Positions 55,545-64,000 of a DNA stretch of 64,000 bases are shown in pieces. The translations under genes were made by a program, and so were the position numbers. Positions within the stretch are counted from its first letter, which is position 1; every line of letters begins with the position of its first letter. This stretch comes from an uncultured Clostridia bacterium (lineage in GTDB: Bacteria > Bacillota > Clostridia > Christensenellales > UBA1242). The notes beneath the pieces are model-generated. The model was given only the letters and a program-made list of their open reading frames with translations, was not told where the DNA came from and ran no database searches. Where the stretch lies: contig CALWKF010000004.1 of assembly GCA_944381215.1 (NCBI GenBank), forward strand, positions 24,657 to 88,656. Reading direction: 5' to 3'.

Positions 55545-55808
55545 TTAAGTATTTTCTGCCTTGCGTATAATACTAAAAATTTTTCCTTTTATTGTTAGAG
55601 TGTCCTGGGAGAGCGTAACAATTTGCAAGTTTTTGCCCGTGATTTCATAAAGGTCTTTTGCGAGCATTACTACGATTTTTACCATGCTGGTCGTGCGGAT
55701 GTTTACGTGCCCCTGAATATAGACGCATCGCCCCGAAATATTTTGTATCGAATACCCGCCTGGGCCGATATCGAGCCCGAGGTTTCTAGCAATCTCTTCA
55801 AAAAACAT
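55545..55808 (-). CDS. yqfC: Sporulation protein YqfC (YabP-fold)
   Basis: ATG follows GGAGG. LDIGPGGYSIQNISGRCVYIQGHVNIRT...LYEITGKNLQIVTLSQDTLTIKGKI matches the YqfC pattern. It is encoded divergently from yqfD. Confidence 0.7.
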   Translation of the reverse strand: MFFEEIARNLGLDIGPGGYSIQNISGRCVYIQGHVNIRTTSMVKIVVMLAKDLYEITGKNLQIVTLSQDTLTIKGKIFSIIRKAENT

Positions 55809-55882
55809 TTTGCCTCCATTTCTATATTCTATTTTTTGCGTCGCCATAATATGATATAAAGATAAAAAAGGGGCAAAAAAGT

Positions 55883-56989
55883 ATGCAATTTGCAAAATTA
55901 TGCTTTTATGAAATTAGGGTAATCGGCGTCAATTTTCCCACACTTTTAAACAAACTCAACTCGCAAGGCGTAAAAATTACCAAAATGCGCCACCCAGATG
56001 ACACCACAATTTGTCTTGTAATTAATGGGAAATATGCTGATACAACATTTGCTATTTTGCAAAAATTTTGTTATAATTATACTGTTACACACAAAATAGG
56101 GCTAAACTCACACTTTTTGGGGCTTTTTTTAGGAGTTTTAGGAGTAATTATTGCCTATTTAGTGCTGTCGTGCTTTTGCTTTGGTGTCGCGGTTATGAGC
56201 GATGACGAGGTACTGGCGGGTAAGATTGAGAGCGTGCTGTATGATGAGGGCGTCGTAGGTGCCACTTGGGGTAAAATCGATTTCGACCGCCTCGAGAACG
56301 TTTTGCGCGAAAAAGTAGACGGGGTAGGGCTAATTAACCTTTCTAAAAAGGGCGCGTACATTGTCGTAAACTTTACCGCCACAACCCCGCCTCTCGAAAT
56401 TCCGTCTACGAACACCAGCGGAGTTTTTGCGAATGCGAATGGCGTGGTCTCGCGAATTTTTGTGCACAGCGGGACGGCTCTTGTCGTCGCTGGGGACACG
56501 GTGAGCCTAGGGGATATGCTGATTGCACCGTACGTGGTGGATGAGGAAGGGAACACTCATCCAGCCGAGGCGCGAGGTGAGGTCTATCTCGAAGTCTGGG
56601 ATTCGGCGACCGTGGAATTCCGCGAAAACGACACTGTACTCAGTCGTACGGGCAACGTAACAACCTTCCAAAAGGTTTGCTTTGGCACCACCGTACTTTC
56701 GGACAATTCGGGCGAAATTTCGTACGAAAACTATGAAATTGTGCGAAAAATCGTGAATTTATCGAATATTTTGCCACTTTTTATCGAATATTCGTACATT
56801 TACGAAACCAAGCCCGTAAGTATAACCCGTGACTTTGAAGCGGAAAAAGAGGCTCTAATTTACGAGGCCCGCGAGCGAGTACTGAGTAATATTAGAGAGG
56901 ACGAGGTACTAGCGGAGCGACACACGATAAACCAAATTCAAGACACCTATTTTGTAACCTATTACGTGATGCGCGAGGTGCGCGTTTAG
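55883..56989 (+). CDS. yqfD: Sporulation protein YqfD
   Basis: 368 aa. N-terminal YEIRVIGVNFPTLLNKLNSQGVKI, a central TM helix and a YqfD-like C-terminus. ybeY follows. Confidence 0.75.
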   Translation: MQFAKLCFYEIRVIGVNFPTLLNKLNSQGVKITKMRHPDDTTICLVINGKYADTTFAILQKFCYNYTVTHKIGLNSHFLGLFLGVLGVIIAYLVLSCFCFGVAVMSDDEVLAGKIESVLYDEGVVGATWGKIDFDRLENVLREKVDGVGLINLSKKGAYIVVNFTATTPPLEIPSTNTSGVFANANGVVSRIFVHSGTALVVAGDTVSLGDMLIAPYVVDEEGNTHPAEARGEVYLEVWDSATVEFRENDTVLSRTGNVTTFQKVCFGTTVLSDNSGEISYENYEIVRKIVNLSNILPLFIEYSYIYETKPVSITRDFEAEKEALIYEARERVLSNIREDEVLAERHTINQIQDTYFVTYYVMREVRV

Positions 56990-56998
56990 GAGAGTTTT

Positions 56999-57493
56999 AT
57001 GGAAATTATTTTAACAAACGAAACAAAGTACAATCTGCCATGCGCGAAGATTTTGAAAAAGATTGCAAAGCGAGTTTTAAAACACGAAAAACAACCCACT
57101 AGGCACTTGTCCGTTGGTGTTTTTTACGTAGATAGCGCAAAAATTCAAGAAATTAATCGCGAGTACCGCCACAAAGACAAGCCCACCGATGTTATAACCT
57201 TCCGCATGGTAGACAACCCTCATAAACTGCAAATTACGCGCAAAAATTTCCCGCTTGAGTACGACGAAGCGCAAAAAAGCATATATTTAGGCGAGATTTT
57301 TATATGCGTCGAGGTGGCGGAGGAGCAGTCACACGAGTGGGGACACACACTCAATCGTGAGGTCGCGGAACTTTTTGTCCACGGAATGTTGCATATTTTG
57401 GGCCACGACCACGAGGAAGAGGCCGAACGCAAGGTTATGCGCGACAGCGAGGAATACCAAAATAATTTCTTAAATAAAGTGATAAAAGATTAA
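56999..57493 (+). CDS. ybeY: rRNA maturation endoribonuclease YbeY
   Basis: The HGMLHILGHDH zinc motif is present. Confidence 0.92.
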   Translation: MEIILTNETKYNLPCAKILKKIAKRVLKHEKQPTRHLSVGVFYVDSAKIQEINREYRHKDKPTDVITFRMVDNPHKLQITRKNFPLEYDEAQKSIYLGEIFICVEVAEEQSHEWGHTLNREVAELFVHGMLHILGHDHEEEAERKVMRDSEEYQNNFLNKVIKD

Positions 57494-57592
57494 TAACCCA
57501 AAAAACCTAAAAATTTATAAAAAATTGCATAAAAATTAAGCATTTTTAATAATTTTTGCCCGATAATAGGTTATTTTAAAAAGTAGGTCATT

Positions 57593-57976
57593 ATGGAGCA
57601 AATCGTTTTAGATAAGTTGTTAGAAAAGGCAAAGTCCGCTGCTGAGCGTGCTTATTGCCCGAATAGTGAAAACCCCGTCGGAGCGTGCGTGCTGACCCAA
57701 AACGGCATGATTTTTACGGGGTGCAATATCGAAACCACCGCGCCAGCAGGGAGCCTCGGGGCAATGGAAGTTGCCGTCGTCAAGGCTGTGAGCGAGGGCT
57801 ATTCCTCAATTATTGCGGTTGTGAATTACTGCGAGAACGGCATCGTCTATCCCACTGGGGATGAGCGCGAGTTTTTGCGCGAGTTTACCGAGCGCGCCCA
57901 AATCATCTGCGCCACCGTGGACAAGACAGAGCAATTCACCATTCAGGAACTCCTCCCATTCTCCTTCCGCGAATAA
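57593..57976 (+). CDS. Cytidine deaminase homologue lacking the zinc ligands (probable pseudo-enzyme)
   Basis: It aligns by eye to homotetrameric Cdd (PVGACVLTQNGMIFTGCNIE..., KAVSEG, ELLPFSF). CAE is replaced by GAM and PCGxC by PTGDE. Confidence 0.75.
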   Translation: MEQIVLDKLLEKAKSAAERAYCPNSENPVGACVLTQNGMIFTGCNIETTAPAGSLGAMEVAVVKAVSEGYSSIIAVVNYCENGIVYPTGDEREFLREFTERAQIICATVDKTEQFTIQELLPFSFRE

Positions 57977-58166
57977 AAGCAGAAAGTATAGAATTTCTTC
58001 TCGTTCCTTTTTGGCAATTTTGTGGATTGAAAAGGAACGTTTTAAAATCAAAAATTTAGAAATAATATATTAGAATTATTTGCATGAATTTTGATAAATG
58101 GGTTAATTTGCTTGTCTAATGCCTGTATAAATGTTATAATAAAGTATATTTTTTAAGGGGGATATT

Positions 58167-58448
58167 ATGGCAGAAGAGCAGAAAAACGAACAGCCTGTTG
58201 AGAACAAGGCTGAGGCACCTAAGAAAGAGCAGAAGCCATACAACTACAAGGCAAAGTTCATAATTCTAGGCGTGTTGATTGCCGTCTTGGTGGTTGCTGT
58301 GGTGCTGTGTATCATATTCTTGGGTGGTAACGGTGATAACGAAACTACTACCAGTTTGTTGCCACTTGTAGACAATGTGGAGCAGGCAGTTAGTAACACC
58401 GCCAGCAGTGCCGATGTTGTCGCAGATGTCGTAAAAACAATTTTATAA
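58167..58448 (+). CDS. Small membrane-anchored hypothetical protein
   Basis: RBS AAGGGGG precedes the ATG. Charged N-terminus and a single TM helix. Confidence 0.55.
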   Translation: MAEEQKNEQPVENKAEAPKKEQKPYNYKAKFIILGVLIAVLVVAVVLCIIFLGGNGDNETTTSLLPLVDNVEQAVSNTASSADVVADVVKTIL

Positions 58449-58456
58449 CATAATTT

Positions 58457-58481
58457 AGGCGAGGATAACCCCCGCCTTTTT
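58457..58481 (+). terminator. Rho-independent terminator
   Basis: Stem AGGCG(A)GG/CCCGCCT plus TTTTT. Confidence 0.6.
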
Positions 58482-58537
58482 ATTTGATAATTTTCCATAT
58501 CAAGAAATAAAAATGCTTGTTAAATCTCTAAACAATT

Positions 58538-58831
58538 GGTCATCCTGAGCCTCGACCCTCGGTGCGTAGGCGCACACCCAATAAGAAGGATATAATCATA
58601 CGAACAACAAAATAGCACATGGTTCGTACACGCAATATATTTAAATTACTTGGGTCTGGCGCGATAGCATTCTTTTCTCATTGTAATAATCATTCACGCG
58701 CCAGACTTCCCGCAAGCGGGAAGGTATTCTGAGCCCGCCCCGCGAAGCCCTCAGACGAAGGATCTCATCTCATCCGCTTTTAAAGGCTTCTTAGCTGTCG
58801 CGGTGAGAAGTCGCACACACGATAATTAAGC
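58538..58831. repeat. Mosaic intergenic repeat locus R6
   Basis: GGTCATCCTGAGCCTCGACCC and GGTGCGTAGGCGCAC lie within 58538-58575. Composite copy (reverse orientation) at 58655-58777. GTGAGAAGTCGCACACACGATAATTAA at 58803-58830. Confidence 0.9.
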
Positions 58832-58998
58832 AAACTATACCGAAATATAGTCGTCTATTCGAGTTTTTAAATTATTTTTGTTTTAAAAGCGGAAATTGCG
58901 GGCCAATTTAGAATAATTGGTTGATTTTTTGCCGATTATGTGATATCTTATATATTATTTATCACCGCAATTGCGGAATTTTATAGAGGAGTACGAAA

Positions 58999-59403
58999 AT
59001 GGAAGTTGAAAGAACATACATTATGTTAAAGCCCGATGCAGTCCGCCGTGGTCTAATCGGTGAAATCATCGGCAGAATCGAGAAAAAAGGCTTTAAAATT
59101 GTGGACATGAAAATGTTTACTCTAACAAAGGAGAAACTCGCCGAGCACTACGCGCACATAGTAGATAGACCTTTTTACCCAGAGGTAGAGGCGTATATGA
59201 TGAGCGGTCCAGTTGTTGGGATGATTGTCGAGGGCGAGCACGCAATAAAGGGCATGCGTAACTTCATGGGGCCTACAAAGTACCTCGATGCACCCGCAGG
59301 TACAATTCGTGGGGACTATTCGTGCAATGACCGCGAAAACTTGATTCACGGTAGCGATTCTCCCGAAACAGCAGCCGCTGAAATTAAACGCTTTTTCTAC
59401 TAA
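58999..59403 (+). CDS. ndk: Nucleoside diphosphate kinase
   Basis: ERTYIMLKPDAV...NLIHGSDS is the canonical Ndk pattern. Confidence 0.95.
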   Translation: MEVERTYIMLKPDAVRRGLIGEIIGRIEKKGFKIVDMKMFTLTKEKLAEHYAHIVDRPFYPEVEAYMMSGPVVGMIVEGEHAIKGMRNFMGPTKYLDAPAGTIRGDYSCNDRENLIHGSDSPETAAAEIKRFFY

Positions 59404-59513
59404 ATTTTATATATAACATATCAACATATAATAAACTATAAAAACCTAAAAAATTTTTATTAATAAGATTCGGTAAATTTTGTATATTTAATTGATATAG
59501 AAGTGAGAAAAAT

Positions 59514-59947
59514 ATGCCTTGTAAATGTGAAAAATGCGAAAAAAGTTGTTGTAGTAGAGTATTTGCTGGACTCTCATCGAGTGCAAAAAATGCTGATGAC
59601 CGCTTTACACAAATTCTTCTCTCACCCGAGGAGGCAGAGCGCATAAAAAATGCGGGGGGGGGCAATTTTTAGCATTTAACGAAGAAATTGGGGCTTATTA
59701 TATGAAAATTGGTGAGGATAACACTTGTCCAGCCTTTGCGAATGGTAGATGCTCAATTTATTCAAGTCGCCCCGATGTGTGCAGGCTCTATCCGTTTTAT
59801 TTCGATAATTTTGGAGGCTTGTTTATACATAAAGATTGCCCAGGCGATTTTACTCGCGAACTAGAGGAAAATAAACTAGAAATTTTAAAATTAATAAGAA
59901 ATAGGATTGATTTTTTTGAGAATTTAGAAAAGAATAAAAATAATTAA
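59514..59947 (+). pseudogene. YkgJ-family (CxxCxxCC) Fe/Zn cluster protein interrupted by a frameshift at a G9 run
   Basis: ATG at 59514 gives MPCKCEKCEKSCC... and stops at 59670-72. ORF 59702-59947 (CPAFANGRCSIYSSRPDVCRLYPF) is in the +2 frame relative to 59514. One extra G in the run at 59654-59662 fuses the two. Confidence 0.7.
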
Positions 59948-60060
59948 AAATCAAGAAATTGATGAATTTAAACCTTATATTTGCTTTTATTTATATAATA
60001 AAAATTATTTAAAAACTTTAAAAAATGCAAAAAAACACGAAAAAATCGCAAAAAAATAAC

Positions 60061-60088
60061 AAAAAACACGATTTTTTTCGTGTTTTTT
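60061..60088. terminator. Bidirectional terminator
   Basis: Stem AACACGA/TCGTGTT with a T7 loop, flanked by an A-run and a T-run. Confidence 0.7.
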
Positions 60089-60196
60089 GTTAATGTTAAA
60101 GCAAATTTCCAGATTGCTTATATTTTTTGTTCTTTTATTTTGTATTTTTTGCTTTTTTAAATTATTAAAGATTTTATGGTTTAGTTTTAGTTGTGT

Positions 60197-63100
60197 TTAT
60201 TGTTGCTTTGTAGTTTTAGTTGTTGATTTTGCTGTTTTTGGCTCGGCAACATTAGATTTTGTGGTAGTAGTGATTGAGGTTTTTACGCGCTTTATTGAGC
60301 CAGTTTGTGCTTTTGGTTTTATGGTAATTGTGCGGTTACGTGGCTTTTTGGGAGTGGGCTCTTGATTGTTTTCTTCAATAAATTTTTGTCTATTTTTCTC
60401 GGCTGTTTTTACAATTAAGTTAATGACTTTTTGCTTGTGAAGCCACCAGTCACGACTCCACACACGGATGATGTCCCAGCCACGCGCGTGCAAGAATGTA
60501 GGTCTATAAACATCGCGCTCAAGTAGCGAGTCAGAAGAGCAGTATGCCGTATAGTCGCACTCAACTCCAACTAGGTACCTGTCCAGTGTTTTATCATAAA
60601 CGGCGAGCGAAATTTTATAGTCGGCATTACCAAGGTTCGTCTCGACTTTTAGACCCAGCTTTTCGAGTTCTGCCTTGATTTTATTTTCAAGGTCGTTTAG
60701 CACCAGTGCGGGCTTGGGCGTTTCGGGAATAGTCAGCACGTTTTCGAGCACAATTTTCGCCTCAGTCTTGTTGCCGTTCGACACTGCACGGACATAGCGG
60801 AGGTACTGCTTAAATAGTTTCGGCCCCGCATTTTTAGTGCCCTCGACGTTCAACTCCTCGGGCTCAATGCTGGTTACCACAAAAATCTTTTCCTTCGCAC
60901 GCGTGATTGCGACGTTCAGGCGGTTTTCGCCACCCTCGGTAGACAAGGGCCCGAAGTGCGCCACGACTTTGCCGTACTCGTTTTGCGCGTAACCGATACT
61001 AAATATAATGATATCGCGCTCATCACCCTGCACGTTTTCGAGATTTTTCACAAAAATGCTGATATCCTCGCCATTTTCCTTGCGATTTTGCTCTTTTAGG
61101 AACTGGTCGCGGAACTTGGGGTTGCGGTTGCATTCTTCGTCGATTGCGTCCTCAATCGCGCTCTCTTGCTCGGCGTTAAAGGTGATAATACCTATTGATT
61201 CGTTATTTTTGCGGGTATTAAATAGTTTTTTCACTAACTCCGCCACCGCCTTTGCCTCGGCAATGTTCTTGCGGTCTATCCAACGTCCGTCGACCTTGAT
61301 TCGCGTAATCGGCTTTTTACCAAGGTTGTGCGTGGTATTAGGTGAAATCTCGAGACGCCCCTCGTAAAAGGCGTTGTTCGAGAAGTTGATGAGCTCCTCG
61401 TTTTTACTGCGGTAGTGGTAGGTAAGATGCGCGCTCTTGTACCTCGTCATCGCGAGGTCAAGCAGGCTCTCCACCTCGAGTGCCGCCTGTGTGTTAAGGT
61501 CGAGCTCGTCGACATCGTCGTTACCCAAATACCGCTTCATAAAGGTCGCGGTCGGGCGCAACTGCTTGGAGTCTCCCGCAACTACGATGTTTTTGCCTCG
61601 GTAGATTACGGGCAAGGTGTTCTCGATAAATACCTGGGAAGCCTCGTCGAACAGCACGATGTCGAATAGATTGCGTACAAGTGGCAAAATCGTGCACGCG
61701 CCCTCGGGGCTAAGTAGCCAGCACGGGAAAAGGGTGAAGAGGTATTCGCCGTACATCTCCATGAATTTACGAATCGGCCACTGGTTTTGCTGTTTGGACA
61801 TTTGATAAAGGTAGTTCTTGTTGTCAGGGTCGCGGTTAAATTTTTCGATGTACTCTTGCCTAAATTGCTCATCGCAATACGCCTTAGAGACAGAATTTAA
61901 CTCATTTTTCAGCGAAATAATGCGATTTTTTGCGTTTTCGTAGTCAATTATCAAGGACAACTCAGATTTGTACTTGTCCTCGAGCAAGGTTACCTCGTAG
62001 TAGATTCGAATAGGTAACAGACGTTCCAAGGTCTCCATGTAGTGCGCCTTGGTGGTCGTGTTTTTATAGGCAAAATTGAGTATTGTGCGCTCAATGCTGT
62101 TAAGTTGAGTTAGCATCGCGTTGACGTCGCGCGACTCCACATATTCATTTAGCGCGTTCAGCAAAAGTTTGAGGTACAGCATATTGCCGTTTAAGACATT
62201 GTCCACCATCATCGCGTACCCTGTGTCCGTCAGTACATCGCGTAAAAAGGCAAAGTCCTCGACATACTCGTCAATTGCCGTAATGGTGTCGATAAAATTC
62301 TGCTCGGTCTCTTTTTCCTTTTTGTTCATCGCCATTTTTGCAAACGGATAAATGGGGAAAAGAACGTAACTCGTCTTTAAGGTGTTGTAGGTATTGCGGT
62401 TCGCGTCGCGCGCCACAAATTTAACCAAGGGTTGCAGTTTGTCGATATCGAGTTTTTTATCTAAGTAGTACGCAATCAACTGGCGACTGTTCGGGTACTT
62501 CGTCATGTCAAAAGGTGCCAGCCTGCCACTTAGGAGTTTACCGAGTTTCGAGGTCGCCTCGGTCAGCGTGTGGAACTCAATGTCGGGCTTTAAGTTGTCT
62601 ATAAAGGGGTTAGATTTCTTCGCCTCGAGGAATTTGTAATAAAGTTCCGCCTTGTTCTTTTCCTTGATTAAACGCAGGTTATCATGCAAATCTTGGTAGG
62701 ATAGTGCCAAAATTTGAGGGGAATGTAGCATATTTTGGTAAATTGTGTAGTCGTAACTCGTCTTGCCTAAAACGTAACTATTGGCATACATTTCCTGCAA
62801 ACTCAGGCCAAAAGGCTGGGGAGTGAACAATACATTGCTAATTGTCTCTAGCTCCGCAGTCTCGACGGCAATTTTGTTCTCAATGTCTTCGTACTGGCCA
62901 AGATTTGTATTAACTGGGGTCTCCATAACCTGCGCGTGGGTCGTACGTACACGGTCGTAAAATACGGCCTTATTCTTCTCGGGGTCGAGGATATACATAG
63001 CCTTGGAGTTCAGCACGCCCAAGCGGTTAAACACCACATCGAGTGCCGCTTTCTTCTGCGATACGACCAGCACGCGCTTGTGCTTTGCAATGGCGTCGGT

Positions 63101-64000
63101 AATGGTGTTTACAATGGTCTGCGATTTACCAGTGCCAGGGGGACCGTAGATGACGATGTTACCGTTTTTATTGAGGTTTAGTATCGCATTTTGTTGCGCG
63201 TAGTCGAGACTTGAAACGGTAAACAGACGCTCATCAGGGTGCTTGATTTTCTTGGGACGCTTGGCATACAAGAGCTCGTCAATCGCCTCGTTCGTGAGTC
63301 TGCGTCGCTCGAGCAGGGTGTAGTCATTATATATAGAGTTTGCCAAAGGGAAACGCCCGAGCAGGCAGTATTGCTTGACTTCTAGCGGGTCATTAACCTG
63401 GGGCTCCTTCGACTTTTCGAAGTCAAAAATGCCCTTTCTTGCGGTGTAACCAATGTGAAAGCCAAACTTGCGTAAATAATTTACAACATCTTGAATGCTC
63501 TTAAATTGGCTCGAGATTTTGCCCTTAAACTCCATGTCCATGTCCTCAAGATTTAAGCGGTGGTGCTGTGCATAGGCAACGATGAATACCTTGTTTAACT
63601 GCACGGGCTCGTCGCGCTTTAACTCAATTTCCACGGTTTGCTCGTCGGGCATCTCGATAGTAACAGGGAAGAGGAGTAGAGGTGCCTTGATTAGGACATC
63701 CTTGCCAATCGCACCCTGCACAAAAGGATAGCCGATATACAATTCATACCGCCCAGTTTCCTTCGCAAACTCCTCGATATCGCGCTTGAGGTTTTTGAGG
63801 ACTGTTACCTGCGAAGACAGCGCGCGCTTCGTTTCATCGCGACGGCGACGCTCCACACGTAGGCTCTCCGCGCTCTTTTCCTTGCCTTCGAGATTTTCGA
63901 GTGCCTCATAAGACTTCTCCATTTTACGCTCAACTCCCAAGGTCTTATACAGACGCTCGCGGGCGGACTTGCCGATTACGGTAAACGAGTACGTTTTCTC
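60197..64000 (-). CDS. Large SF1 (Upf1/DNA2-like) helicase with a C-terminal DUF559/Vsr-like endonuclease-fold domain; the N-terminus probably lies beyond the right edge
   Basis: Walker A GPPGTGKS, DEASQ, later helicase motifs (GDxxQL-like GDSKQLRP, VNVAITRAK), and the C-terminal VGVECDY...RGWDIIRVWSRDWW. The frame stays open from 63940 to position 64000. Confidence 0.85.
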   Translation of the reverse strand, partial: EKTYSFTVIGKSARERLYKTLGVERKMEKSYEALENLEGKEKSAESLRVERRRRDETKRALSSQVTVLKNLKRDIEEFAKETGRYELYIGYPFVQGAIGKDVLIKAPLLLFPVTIEMPDEQTVEIELKRDEPVQLNKVFIVAYAQHHRLNLEDMDMEFKGKISSQFKSIQDVVNYLRKFGFHIGYTARKGIFDFEKSKEPQVNDPLEVKQYCLLGRFPLANSIYNDYTLLERRRLTNEAIDELLYAKRPKKIKHPDERLFTVSSLDYAQQNAILNLNKNGNIVIYGPPGTGKSQTIVNTITDAIAKHKRVLVVSQKKAALDVVFNRLGVLNSKAMYILDPEKNKAVFYDRVRTTHAQVMETPVNTNLGQYEDIENKIAVETAELETISNVLFTPQPFGLSLQEMYANSYVLGKTSYDYTIYQNMLHSPQILALSYQDLHDNLRLIKEKNKAELYYKFLEAKKSNPFIDNLKPDIEFHTLTEATSKLGKLLSGRLAPFDMTKYPNSRQLIAYYLDKKLDIDKLQPLVKFVARDANRNTYNTLKTSYVLFPIYPFAKMAMNKKEKETEQNFIDTITAIDEYVEDFAFLRDVLTDTGYAMMVDNVLNGNMLYLKLLLNALNEYVESRDVNAMLTQLNSIERTILNFAYKNTTTKAHYMETLERLLPIRIYYEVTLLEDKYKSELSLIIDYENAKNRIISLKNELNSVSKAYCDEQFRQEYIEKFNRDPDNKNYLYQMSKQQNQWPIRKFMEMYGEYLFTLFPCWLLSPEGACTILPLVRNLFDIVLFDEASQVFIENTLPVIYRGKNIVVAGDSKQLRPTATFMKRYLGNDDVDELDLNTQAALEVESLLDLAMTRYKSAHLTYHYRSKNEELINFSNNAFYEGRLEISPNTTHNLGKKPITRIKVDGRWIDRKNIAEAKAVAELVKKLFNTRKNNESIGIITFNAEQESAIEDAIDEECNRNPKFRDQFLKEQNRKENGEDISIFVKNLENVQGDERDIIIFSIGYAQNEYGKVVAHFGPLSTEGGENRLNVAITRAKEKIFVVTSIEPEELNVEGTKNAGPKLFKQYLRYVRAVSNGNKTEAKIVLENVLTIPETPKPALVLNDLENKIKAELEKLGLKVETNLGNADYKISLAVYDKTLDRYLVGVECDYTAYCSSDSLLERDVYRPTFLHARGWDIIRVWSRDWWLHKQKVINLIVKTAEKNRQKFIEENNQEPTPKKPRNRTITIKPKAQTGSIKRVKTSITTTTKSNVAEPKTAKSTTKTTKQQ

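Noticed and set aside
60087-60365. 92-aa plus-strand ORF at the helicase 3' end
   Set aside because: It overlaps the bidirectional terminator and the antisense of the helicase K/T-rich tail, and its product is F/L/V low-complexity.
1-64000. Prophage, integrative element or IS-bounded island
   Set aside because: I found no integrase, transposase, recombinase, or phage structural or replication genes in any frame. The single tRNA is flanked by repeats but not by an att-like duplication that I could find.

Overview
This looks like a chromosomal, mostly housekeeping segment of a spore-forming Bacillota (Clostridia-like) genome. Sporulation markers are present (yabP-yabQ-divIC, yqfC/yqfD, yyaC), alongside mnmE, glpK with two FAD oxidoreductases, sepF-lspA-rluD, ychF, a P-type ATPase, an HtrA-like protease, metG, ybeY, ndk and one tRNA-Arg(CCG). 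I saw no transposase, integrase, CRISPR/cas or rRNA. Coding sequence is of moderate GC, while almost every intergenic spacer is extremely AT-rich.

The unusual content is mainly non-coding:
- A modular (mosaic, MITE/REP-like) repeat family sits at six intergenic loci. It includes four copies of a ~120-nt composite element carrying a G(CUUG)C tetraloop hairpin.
- Arrays of A/T-tracts are phased at about 10 bp. The largest (~390 bp) splits a glycerol-3-phosphate oxidoreductase gene pair, and a 15-mer AAAAATCGCAAAAAA recurs across spacers.
- A 16-bp palindrome, TGACCGAATTTGGTCA, is repeated upstream of two uncharacterised genes. One of them encodes a six-AT-hook/short-chain dehydrogenase fusion.
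- A perfectly nested four-way-junction structure lies downstream of a lipoprotein gene.
- A 92-bp tandem repeat occupies a 5' leader.

Coding oddities:
- A G9 homopolymer frameshift in a YkgJ-type Cys-cluster gene.
- A cytidine-deaminase homologue lacking all Zn ligands.
- A MetRS with KMSKS replaced by KASSS.
- An inverted yqfC.
- A displaced DUF1667 gene.
- An orphan EncFtn-like ferritin.
- A large SF1 helicase with a C-terminal endonuclease-like domain that runs off the right edge.

All work is hand analysis. Coordinates of non-ORF features are good to about +/-2 nt. All family names are recognised from motifs, not from searches.
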